A DNA stretch of 64,000 bases, from NCBI GenBank assembly GCA_963823185.1, contig CAWGKP010000008.1, positions 677,590 through 741,589 on the forward strand, read 5' to 3'. The DNA is from an uncultured Acidobacteriota bacterium. GTDB taxonomy: Bacteria; Acidobacteriota; Thermoanaerobaculia; UBA5066; Gp7-AA6. The position numbers and the translations under genes were made by a program. Positions 1 to 7,932 of the stretch are shown in pieces. Numbering within the stretch: position 1 is the stretch's first letter; every line of letters starts with the position of its first letter. Under the pieces are notes generated by a model. The model was not told the origin of the DNA. It saw only the letters and a program-made list of their open reading frames with translations, and did no database searches.

Positions 1-206
1 CGCCGGCGCGCCGACTCGAGGAAGAAGTAGTACTTCCGGTCGAAGGCGGCGGAGGATCCGTCGAGGCGCCGCAGCGCGAGGTCTTTTCCGGAATCCCGAA
101 CGACCAGGCGCGCGCGCCGCGCGAGCTCCGATGGGCGAACGGCCGCGGCGAGGGAGAAGAGGAGGAGCAGGTATCCGGCGAGAGCGACGAGGCGCCGCGA
201 CCTCAT
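1..206 (-). CDS. hypothetical protein, N-terminal fragment (gene runs off window start)
   Basis: Hand translation of the minus strand from ATG at 206 gives [43 protein letters not shown]... It stays open to position 1 and has a signal/anchor-like hydrophobic N-terminus. The ATG overlaps the glyA stop (ATGA at 203-206). It is not in the ORF track because it is truncated. Confidence 0.4.
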   Translation of the reverse strand, partial: MRSRRLVALAGYLLLLFSLAAAVRPSELARRARLVVRDSGKDLALRRLDGSSAAFDRKYYFFLESARR

Positions 207-1480
207 GCGACCAGCGGAAATCCCTCGCAGAGCTCCCGGACCCGGCGACGCACCTCGGCGCGCACCGCGGCGTCGTCGGGCGCCTCGAGCGCGCGCGCGA
301 ACGCGTCCGCGATGCGCTCCATCTCGGCCGGGCCCATTCCCCGCGACGTCACCGCCGGCGTTCCGACGCGGATTCCCGAGGCGACCATCGGCGGCTTCGG
401 GTCGAAGGGAATCGTGTTCTTGTTGACCGTGACGCCGACCGCGTCGAGCGTTTTCTCCGCGTCCTTGCCGGTGAGTCCCCTCGCCCCGACGTCCACGAGC
501 ATCAAGTGGTTGTCGGTGCCGCCCGAGACGAGGCGGAACCCGCGCGCCGTCAGGGCCGCCGCGAGCGCCTTCGCATTCTCGACGATCCGGCGCTGGTAGT
601 CCGCGAACTCGGGCGTCGCCGCCTCGGCGAGCGCCACGGCCTTGGCCGCGATGACGTGCTCGAGCGGGCCGCCCTGGAGACCCGGGAACACGTTGCGGTC
701 GAGGTCCTTCGCGTGGCCCGCGCGGCAGAGCACGAGTCCCCCGCGCGGCCCGCGCAGCGTCTTGTGGGTCGTCGTCGTGACGAACGCGGCGTGCGGAACG
801 GCGGACGGATGCAGACCGGCCACGATCAGGCCCGCGATGTGCGCCACGTCGGCCATGAGCACCGCTCCGATCTCCGTGGCCACCGCCGCGAAGCGCGCGA
901 AGTCGATCTCGCGGGCGTACGCCGAGGCGCCCGCGATGATGAGCTTCGGCCGGTGCTCTCGCGCGACCCGCGTGAGCTCGTCGTAGTCGATCCGCTCGTC
1001 CTCCCGGCGGACGCCGTAGGCGACGACCTTGTACTCGCGGCCCGAGAAGGAGAGCGGGTGGCCGTGCGTGAGGTGGCCGCCGTGCGAGAGATTCATCCCC
1101 AGGATCGTGTCCCCCGGCTGGAGCGCCGTCAGGTACACCGCCATGTTGGCCTGCGTGCCCGAGTGCGGCTGCACGTTGGCATGCTCCGAGCCGAAGAGGG
1201 CCTTGGCGCGGTCGATCGCGAGCTGCTCGATCCGATCCACGAACTCGCAGCCGCCGTAGTACCGCTTGCCCGGATAACCCTCCGCATACTTGTTGGTGAG
1301 GACCGAGCCCTGCGCCTCGCGCACCGCGCGCGAGACCCAGTTCTCCGAGGCGATGAGCTCCAGGTTGTGGTTCTGGCGCGCCTCCTCCTCCGCGATCCAG
1401 TGCGCGACGTCGGGATCCACGGCCGCGAGGTCGCGGTCGAGAAAGGCCTGGGGCGGCAGCAGGACGCCGGCACGGTTCAT
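203..1480 (-). CDS. glyA: serine hydroxymethyltransferase
   Basis: 425-aa ORF with [31 protein letters not shown] and the PLP-lysine context [14 protein letters not shown], all typical of SHMT. Confidence 0.97.
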   Translation of the reverse strand: MNRAGVLLPPQAFLDRDLAAVDPDVAHWIAEEEARQNHNLELIASENWVSRAVREAQGSVLTNKYAEGYPGKRYYGGCEFVDRIEQLAIDRAKALFGSEHANVQPHSGTQANMAVYLTALQPGDTILGMNLSHGGHLTHGHPLSFSGREYKVVAYGVRREDERIDYDELTRVAREHRPKLIIAGASAYAREIDFARFAAVATEIGAVLMADVAHIAGLIVAGLHPSAVPHAAFVTTTTHKTLRGPRGGLVLCRAGHAKDLDRNVFPGLQGGPLEHVIAAKAVALAEAATPEFADYQRRIVENAKALAAALTARGFRLVSGGTDNHLMLVDVGARGLTGKDAEKTLDAVGVTVNKNTIPFDPKPPMVASGIRVGTPAVTSRGMGPAEMERIADAFARALEAPDDAAVRAEVRRRVRELCEGFPLVA

Positions 1481-1499
1481 CTCGGGCTCTCTTTCCCGC

Positions 1500-2774
1500 T
1501 CATCCTACGACGAGCTCGCGGTATTCCTTGTCGCAGAAGCTGTCCGTCATCCCCGCGATGTGGTCGGCGATCGCGCGAGAGAGCTCCGGCCTCGGCCGAT
1601 AGCGCGACGCGATCTCCGATTCGACGTCGCGCAGCGAGACCTCGCGCAGGAAGCGCGTGCCGAGCGTCGCGGCGAGCCCCGCGAGCACGTCGTCCGGCAG
1701 AAGACGCGGGTTCTCCGCGTAGGCGTGGAAGAGCCCCGCGATGACGCGCCGCGCGTGGCCATCGTGCCGCGAGACCGGGAACGAGTGGATGATGTGGCGA
1801 TACACGAAGTCCTTCAGCTCCCGGTACCAGGCCTTGCCCGTCTCGGAGAAGCCCACGAGGTCTCCGGGCAGGGCGTCGCGCCGGGCGTAGAAGTCGTCGG
1901 CCGTCCGGACGCCGGCGGACTCGACCCATCGCTCGAGCCGCGTCCGCGAGGACTCGATGAGATCGGACGTCAGCGCCGCGATCATGCCGCGGATCAGCGC
2001 CGCCCGCCGCGAAGCGCGATCGCGCCCGGACGGCCCGGCGGCGCGGACGTGGCGCGCGATCGCCAGAGACTCGATCGCCTCTTCCTCGGTCAGAGGCAGG
2101 CCGTCCTCGAGGTCGTGCGTCTGCTGCGCGATCTCGTCGGACCAGTTCACGAGCTGCGCCTCGGGCGAGCCGCCCGACTCGGGCCGCAGGCCCTCGCGGA
2201 AGTCGAGCGGGAAGGGAAACGAGACGCTCCACGCCGTGTGCTTCCAGACGCCCTCGCGGACGTCGTCGGTCAGGTTCAGACCCGGCTCGTCGTAGCGCTT
2301 CTCGAGCCGGTCCACCACGCGCACGGACTGGAAGTTGTGCTTGAAGCCGCCGGCCTCCGGATGGCTCTCGCGCAACAGCCGGTCGAGCACGGTCTCGCCC
2401 GAGTGCCCGAACGGCGTGTGCCCGAGGTCGTGCCCGAGCGCGATCGCTTCGGCGAGGTCCTCGTTCAGGCCGAGCGCGCGCGCGGCGCTGCGGGCGATCT
2501 GCGACACCTCGATCGTGTGGGTCAGGCGCGTGCGGAAGTGGTCGCCCTCGTACGGAATGAAGACCTGCGTCTTGTGCTTCAGCCGGCGAAACGCGCGCGA
2601 GTGGATGATGCGATCGCGGTCCCGAACGTAGGCCGTGCGCGCGTCCCCCGGCGCGGCGGCCACGGGACCGCGCGGACGGCGGGCCCGGCCGCTCCGCGCG
2701 GCGTAGACGGCGAGGCGCTCCTCTTCCAGGCGCTCGAAATGCTCGCGGGTCGCGGCGGGGGCGGCGGTCGTCAT
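1500..2774 (-). CDS. dgt: dGTPase-like deoxyguanosinetriphosphate triphosphohydrolase (HD domain)
   Basis: [22 protein letters not shown] and the HD motif [12 protein letters not shown]. The track ORF 1500..4001 is over-extended. The in-frame ATG at 2774 ([13 protein letters not shown]) overlaps the folC stop (ATGA). Confidence 0.85.
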   Translation of the reverse strand: MTTAAPAATREHFERLEEERLAVYAARSGRARRPRGPVAAAPGDARTAYVRDRDRIIHSRAFRRLKHKTQVFIPYEGDHFRTRLTHTIEVSQIARSAARALGLNEDLAEAIALGHDLGHTPFGHSGETVLDRLLRESHPEAGGFKHNFQSVRVVDRLEKRYDEPGLNLTDDVREGVWKHTAWSVSFPFPLDFREGLRPESGGSPEAQLVNWSDEIAQQTHDLEDGLPLTEEEAIESLAIARHVRAAGPSGRDRASRRAALIRGMIAALTSDLIESSRTRLERWVESAGVRTADDFYARRDALPGDLVGFSETGKAWYRELKDFVYRHIIHSFPVSRHDGHARRVIAGLFHAYAENPRLLPDDVLAGLAATLGTRFLREVSLRDVESEIASRYRPRPELSRAIADHIAGMTDSFCDKEYRELVVG

Positions 2775-4084
2775 GCGCTTTGCGGCGCGCGTCCCTCGGC
2801 GGCGAGGACCAGGGCCTCCGCCTCGCCGACCAGATAGAGCGAGCCCGCGACGATTATAGGGTCGCGACCGGGCAGCCGCCGCGCGCGCGCCAGAGCGTCG
2901 GCGAGACTGTCCGCCGGCTCCGCATCGGGGCGGACCGTTGCGACGCGGCGCGCGAGATCGGCGACGCTCGCCGCCCGATCGGACGGCGCCGGCGTCAGGA
3001 AGACCGCCGCGGCGAGCGGGAAGAGCGCGGCCGCGATGCCCTCGACGTCCTTGTCGGCCATCGCGCCGAAGACGAGGGGGCACTTCCGCTCGAGCCCGGC
3101 GTCGGAAAGGAACCGCGCGAGGGCCTCGGCGCCCTCGACGTTGTGGCAGCCGTCGAGGAGGAGATCCCGGCCTTGCAGACGCCGGCGCTCGAGGCGTCCG
3201 GGCCACCGGACGCGCGCAACGCCGGCGGAGACGGCCGACGCCTGCGAGAGGAGCGGACGCCCGCCGTCGAGGAGCTCCGCCGCGCGGACCGCGAGGGCCG
3301 CATTCCATGCCTGATGAGCGCCGGGCAGCGGCGTCGTGAGCGGCCGCGCGGCGCTCCCTTGCGGCGTCCGCAGGCGAAAGCGCGTTCCCTCGAGCGACAC
3401 CCGCTCGACCTCGACGCCGAGCTCCTCGAGGGCGTCGTGCCAGACGGCGCCGGCCGCGGCGGCCGCCTCCCGAAGCGCTTCCCGCGCGTCCGCGTCGACG
3501 GCCCGCGCGAGCGCGGGGCGACCGCTCCGGAAGATTCCCGCCTTCTCGCGGGCGATGAGCGGGCGCGTGGCTCCGAGCTCGGCCGTGTGGTCGAGCCCGA
3601 TCGACGTCACGACCGAGACCGCGGCCGGCGCGACGTTCGTGGCGTCGAAGCGGCCGCCGAGGCCGACCTCCAGCACCGCCAGGTCGAGGCGCCGCGACGC
3701 GAAGGCGACGAAAGCCGCCGCCGTCATCGCCTCGAAGTAGGTCAGCGGGATCTCCGGCGCCGCGTCCGCGGCCGCGAACACGGGCGCCAGCGCCTCGTCG
3801 AGCTCCCCGCGGGAGACGTCCTCGTCGTCCACGCGGATCCGTTCCGTGACGTCCACGAGATGCGGCGAGGTGTACAGCCCCGCCCGAACTCCCGCGGCGC
3901 GCGCGATCGCGGAGAGCGTCGCGGCGGTCGAGCCCTTGCCGTTGGTCCCGGCGATCAGGATCGAGCGCACCCGGCGCTCCGGCCGGCCGAGCCGCTCGCA
4001 CAGGGCGTCGATCGCCTCGAGACCGAGCCGCATGCCCCGCACCGAGAGCGACTCGAGTCGCCGGAGGGCGAGCCCGGAGCTCAT
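2771..4084 (-). CDS. folC: bifunctional folylpolyglutamate synthase / dihydrofolate synthase
   Basis: 437-aa ORF. Mur-ligase P-loop IAGTNGKGST, YTSPHLVDVTERI, and a C-terminal Mur ligase-type domain. Confidence 0.9.
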   Translation of the reverse strand: MSSGLALRRLESLSVRGMRLGLEAIDALCERLGRPERRVRSILIAGTNGKGSTAATLSAIARAAGVRAGLYTSPHLVDVTERIRVDDEDVSRGELDEALAPVFAAADAAPEIPLTYFEAMTAAAFVAFASRRLDLAVLEVGLGGRFDATNVAPAAVSVVTSIGLDHTAELGATRPLIAREKAGIFRSGRPALARAVDADAREALREAAAAAGAVWHDALEELGVEVERVSLEGTRFRLRTPQGSAARPLTTPLPGAHQAWNAALAVRAAELLDGGRPLLSQASAVSAGVARVRWPGRLERRRLQGRDLLLDGCHNVEGAEALARFLSDAGLERKCPLVFGAMADKDVEGIAAALFPLAAAVFLTPAPSDRAASVADLARRVATVRPDAEPADSLADALARARRLPGRDPIIVAGSLYLVGEAEALVLAAEGRAPQSA

Positions 4085-4103
4085 CGGCGGCGGACCCGGA
4101 GAG

Positions 4104-4973
4104 CTACGCCGAGCGGCGGGCGTCCCAGAGGAAGCGCAGGCAGCGCGCGAGCGTGGCCTTCATTTCCGAGCGCTCCACGACGAAGTCGAGCATGCCGTGC
4201 TCGAGGAGGAACTCCGCCCTCTGGAAGCCGTCCGGCAGGGTCTGGCGGATCGTCTGCTCGATGACCCGCGGACCCGCGAAACAGATGAGCGCGCCGGGCT
4301 CCGCGACGTTGAGGTCGCCGAGCATCGCGAAGGACGCGGTGACGCCGCCCGTCGTCGGGTCGGTCATGACCGAGATGTAGGGGACGGCCGCCTCCGACAG
4401 GCGCGACAGGGCGGCGGCGATCTTGCCCATCTGCATGAGCGAGAGGATGCCCTCCTGCATCCGTGCGCCGCCCGAGGTCGAGACGAGGATGAGCGGCCGG
4501 CGCTCGGCGAGCGCCCGCTCGGCGGCGCGGGTCACCTTCTCGCCGACGACGGACCCCATCGAGCCGCCGAGAAAGAAGAACTCCATCGCGCCGATCAGCA
4601 CCGGGATGCCGTCGAGCGTCCCCGAGCCGATCATGATCGCGTCGGACGTGCCGATCGACTCCTCGTACTCCGCGAGGCGGTCGCGATAGCGCTTCGTGTC
4701 GCGGAAACGCAGCGGGTCCGTCGAGCGAAGCTCCGTCTCGAGCTCCGTGTACTGCTCGGCGTCGAAGAGCATCCGCAGGCGCTCGGCCGCCGACAGCCGG
4801 AAGTGGAAGCCGCACTTGGGGCAGATCTTGTAGTTCCGCGCGAGCTCCTTGTTGTAGAGGATCTGCCGGCAGCTGTCGCACTTGACCCAGAGGCCCTCCG
4901 GCACCTTGCTCGAGCGGCGCTCCCGCGGCTCGCGCGGCTCTTTCGGCTCGCGGACTTTTCGGAACCAGGCCAT
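4104..4973 (-). CDS. accD: acetyl-CoA carboxylase carboxyltransferase subunit beta
   Basis: N-terminal zinc ribbon CDSCRQILY...CPKCGFHFR followed by a carboxyltransferase domain (GGSMGSVVGEK, GGARMQEG). Confidence 0.95.
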   Translation of the reverse strand: MAWFRKVREPKEPREPRERRSSKVPEGLWVKCDSCRQILYNKELARNYKICPKCGFHFRLSAAERLRMLFDAEQYTELETELRSTDPLRFRDTKRYRDRLAEYEESIGTSDAIMIGSGTLDGIPVLIGAMEFFFLGGSMGSVVGEKVTRAAERALAERRPLILVSTSGGARMQEGILSLMQMGKIAAALSRLSEAAVPYISVMTDPTTGGVTASFAMLGDLNVAEPGALICFAGPRVIEQTIRQTLPDGFQRAEFLLEHGMLDFVVERSEMKATLARCLRFLWDARRSA

Positions 4974-5023
4974 GGCGAAGGGCGAATGCTAACAGCCGTC
5001 GCAACTCACTGAAATAGAGAGGC

Positions 5024-5833
5024 TTATGGCTCCAGCGGCGGCCGCTCGGCCAGGGCCGCGGCTTCCAGCCGCGCGGCGCCCGGCCGGAACTCGACGTCGA
5101 AGGCCCGGCGCAGGTTCCCCGCGGTCAGGACCTCGCCCGGCGGACCCGCCGCGATCGCGCGCCCGTGCCGGAGAAGCAGGACGTGGTCGGCGATCCGGGC
5201 GGCGAGATCCACCTCGTGGGTCACGAGGAGCACGGTCAGCCGCGACCCGCTTTGCCGCCGCCGCAGGACGTCCAGGAACTCCAGGCGGTGGCGCGGGTCG
5301 AGCCCGGCCGTCGGCTCGTCGAGGAGCCAGATCTCCGCCTCCTGGGCCACCGCGCGCGCGAGGAACACGCGGCGCGTCTCGCCTCCGGAAAGAGCCGAGG
5401 CGTCCCGCTCCGCGAGATCCAGGACGTCGCAAGCCTTCATCGCGTCGAGCGCGCGGGCGCGGTCCTCGGCGGAATCGGCCGAGAATCCGGGGGCATGAGG
5501 CGCGCGGCCCTGGAGCACCAGGTCGAGGGCGCGGATCGGGAAGACGAGGTCCACGCTCTGCGGCACGTACGCGATCCGGCGCGCGGTTTCCCGGCGCGGG
5601 CGCGCGAGCAGCGGCGCGCCGTCGAGCAGGACCTCTCCCCCGGCGGGAGGCCGGATGCGCGCGAGGACCTTCAGGAGCGTGGACTTGCCGGAGCCGTTCT
5701 CGCCGAGGACCGCGACGATGCATCCGGCCGGAATCGCGGCGTCGAGTCCCGACAGCGCCTCCGTGCGGCCGTAGAGCGCCCGGAGACCACGCGTCTCGAG
5801 CCGGAGCGCTCCGGCATTCGCGTCAGTTCTCAC
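5024..5833 (-). CDS. ABC transporter ATP-binding protein (iron-siderophore/cobalamin FecE/BtuD type)
   Basis: Walker A GENGSGKST, signature LSGGETRR, Walker B IWLLDEPT. It overlaps the permease gene end. Confidence 0.9.
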   Translation of the reverse strand: MRTDANAGALRLETRGLRALYGRTEALSGLDAAIPAGCIVAVLGENGSGKSTLLKVLARIRPPAGGEVLLDGAPLLARPRRETARRIAYVPQSVDLVFPIRALDLVLQGRAPHAPGFSADSAEDRARALDAMKACDVLDLAERDASALSGGETRRVFLARAVAQEAEIWLLDEPTAGLDPRHRLEFLDVLRRRQSGSRLTVLLVTHEVDLAARIADHVLLLRHGRAIAAGPPGEVLTAGNLRRAFDVEFRPGAARLEAAALAERPPLEP

Positions 5834-6806
5834 GGAGCAGCATCCAGGCGAAGAGGGGCGCGCCCACGGTGGCCGTGACGGCGCCGATCGGCAGCTCCGC
5901 CGGCGCGAAGACCGCGCGCGACAGCGCGTCCGCGGCGACGAGCAGGGCCGCGCCGCTCACGGCGCAGAGCGGCAGGAGGCGCCGCTGGTCGTTTCCCGCG
6001 ACGGCGCGCACCGCGTGCGGCACGAGCAATCCCACGAACCCGATGATGCCGGCGAAGGCCACGGCGGCGCCGGTCAGGAGCGACGACGCCAGGAAGACGT
6101 GGCGTTTCGCGCGTTCGGTGTCGACGCCGAGCGCCGCGGCGCTGTCCTCGCCGACGGCGAGCAGGTTCAGGCGCGCCGCGTAGACGAGGAGCACGACGGC
6201 GCCCGCCGCGGCCCACGGCAGGAGCGCCGCGACCTTCCCGAACGAAGCGTCCGCGAGGCTCCCCATCATCCAGAAGAGCATCGTCCGGGCGGCGGAGGCC
6301 GAGGCGATCGAGAACACGCCGAGAAGGAGCGCGGAGAAGAACGCGTTGGCGATCAGGCCCGAGAGGAGAAGCCGCTGGAGGTCGAGACGGCCGCCGCGAC
6401 GCGCCAGCGCCGCCACCGCGAGGGACGACGCCGCCGCGCCGACGAAGGCGGCGCCCGGGGAGAGGAGCGGCGAGATTCCGGCGAGCGACGCGAGCGCCGC
6501 GCCGGCCGCCGCGCCTCCCGACGTGCCGATGAGGAACGGGTCGGCGAGCGGGTTCTTGAGCAGCGCCTGCATCGCCGCGCCGGAGAGCGCCAGTGCCGCG
6601 CCCACGAGGCCGGCGAGCGCCACGCGCGGCAGGCGGATCGACGCCACGAGCCGCGCCGTCTCCCCTTCCGCTCCCGAACCCGACCAGAGCGCGGGGAGCG
6701 ACAGGCGGACGCCGCCGACGAGGATCCCCAGCAGGCATGCTCCGGCGAGCAGCGCGAACGCCATGGCGAACGGGTGGCGCGTGCGCGGGCCCGTGCGCGC
6801 GGTCAC
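5823..6806 (-). CDS. FecCD/BtuC-family ABC transporter permease
   Basis: Polytopic protein with typical FecCD stretches (LLSGLIANAFFSAL, GIIGFVGLLVPH). The track ORF 5823..7151 is over-extended. The in-frame GTG at 6806 overlaps the upstream stop (GTGA). An alternative ATG lies at 6764. Confidence 0.85.
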   Translation of the reverse strand: MTARTGPRTRHPFAMAFALLAGACLLGILVGGVRLSLPALWSGSGAEGETARLVASIRLPRVALAGLVGAALALSGAAMQALLKNPLADPFLIGTSGGAAAGAALASLAGISPLLSPGAAFVGAAASSLAVAALARRGGRLDLQRLLLSGLIANAFFSALLLGVFSIASASAARTMLFWMMGSLADASFGKVAALLPWAAAGAVVLLVYAARLNLLAVGEDSAAALGVDTERAKRHVFLASSLLTGAAVAFAGIIGFVGLLVPHAVRAVAGNDQRRLLPLCAVSGAALLVAADALSRAVFAPAELPIGAVTATVGAPLFAWMLLREN

Positions 6807-7561
6807 GGCGCCTTCTCCCAGGCCTCCGGATGGAGACCGCGTGCGAGCGTCTCGAGCGCGCCGAAGACGCGCGGTCCGGGCCGCGACAGCTCGTCGTCCG
6901 GGACGCGGAGGACGCGGGCGGTCGCCGCGGCGCCGCGGGAGAGAACCCCCGAGGCCCGCGCCTTCTCGAACGCGGGCCGCGCATCCGGCGAGTCGGGCAG
7001 CACGAGGACGTCGACGGGCGCGGTCGCGAGGAACTCCGCCGAAAGGACCGGCCAGCCGCCGCGCCCCGCGGCGAGATTCCGCGCCCCGGCTTCTTCGAGC
7101 ACGTCGGACAGGAACGTGCCCGCGCCCGCGGCCTGCGGCGGATCGGGCCACACGAGCAGCAGCGCGGCCGGGCGCGGCCGTCCCGCGACCCGGCGCCGCA
7201 CCTGCCGGCGGCGTCGCGAGAGCTCCTCGACGAGCCGGCGCGCCTCGTCGCCCTTCCCCAGCCGTTCGCCGACCTGCCGGATCCCCGCGAGGACGGCGTC
7301 GAGCGACTCGCCGGAGACCGCGAGCACCGGGACGCCGGCCGCCTCGAGCGCCTGGACCGCGCCGCGCGGATTTCCGTCGCGGCTCGCGAGAACGAGATCG
7401 GGGTGGAGCGCGACGATCGCCTCGGCGCTCGCGTCGAGTCCGCCCACGCGCGGCAGCTTGCGGGCCTCGGGAGGAAAGTCGGAGAAGTCCGAGACGGCGA
7501 TCAGGCGATCTCCGGCACCGACCGCGAAGACGATCTCGGTGAGGTTGGGAGCGAGCGCCAC
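6803..7561 (-). CDS. ABC transporter periplasmic substrate-binding protein (BtuF/FhuD-like, cluster A)
   Basis: ALAPNLTEIVFAVGAGDRLIAVSDFSDFP resembles the start of mature BtuF-like proteins. The first canonical start (GTG 7561) leaves no signal peptide, although an in-frame upstream stretch encodes one (see findings). The N-terminus is therefore uncertain. Confidence 0.8.
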   Translation of the reverse strand: MALAPNLTEIVFAVGAGDRLIAVSDFSDFPPEARKLPRVGGLDASAEAIVALHPDLVLASRDGNPRGAVQALEAAGVPVLAVSGESLDAVLAGIRQVGERLGKGDEARRLVEELSRRRRQVRRRVAGRPRPAALLLVWPDPPQAAGAGTFLSDVLEEAGARNLAAGRGGWPVLSAEFLATAPVDVLVLPDSPDARPAFEKARASGVLSRGAAATARVLRVPDDELSRPGPRVFGALETLARGLHPEAWEKAP

Positions 7562-7658
7562 AACGCGCCGGGGGACGTCACCCGGCGGCCTCGCGCCCGG
7601 CGCGCCGCGGCAAGACAGAGCCGCGGCCGCGGCGAGGGCCGCGGCGGCGCAGAGCCGG

Positions 7659-7883
7659 CTAGCCTTGAGTCTCGGCTTCTTCGAGGTCGTTCGCGATTCC
7701 GAGTCGCATGCAGGCGGCGTCGTACATCTGTCGCGCCGCCTTCTGGGCGTTCTGAAGCTCGGCCAGCCGGTCCTTGACCTTCGCCAGCTCCTCCTGAATC
7801 AGGACTTCCAGATCGTTGATCTCCCGCTTGGTCACCGCGAGAGTGTTCTCGTAGAACTTCTTCTGCTCCGACGACAGGCTCAT
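7659..7883 (-). CDS. small coiled-coil protein, unknown function
   Basis: 74-aa ORF preceded by GGAGGGG 5 nt upstream of the ATG. It has a heptad-like charged sequence (REINDLEVLIQEELAKVKDRLAELQNAQK) and sits between the kinase and importer genes on the same strand. Confidence 0.55.
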   Translation of the reverse strand: MSLSSEQKKFYENTLAVTKREINDLEVLIQEELAKVKDRLAELQNAQKAARQMYDAACMRLGIANDLEEAETQG

Positions 7884-7932
7884 TTCCCCTCCTGCAGGCG
7901 AGCCGAGGCTGGCCGCAATCCTACCGCGAGAA

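Noticed and set aside
1500-4001. Over-extended or chimeric track ORFs: 1500-4001, 5823-7151, 13606-16137, 17095-18408, 27284-28630, 30075-31805, 31813-33609, 45138-47246, 50243-53467, 51634-56319, 59161-61428.
   Set aside because: In each case only the 3' portion has protein-like sequence. An in-frame ATG/GTG sits exactly at a 4-nt overlap with the stop of the recognisable upstream gene, or after an RBS. The upstream extension is Arg/Pro-rich and overlaps that other gene.
7562-7932. Cobalamin riboswitch upstream of the BtuF-like importer genes, which would have justified naming them btuFCD.
   Set aside because: The space is occupied by the small ORF and a short RBS-containing spacer. I see no B12-box-like conserved core. 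Substrate (cobalamin, heme or siderophore) is therefore left open and no btu symbols are assigned.
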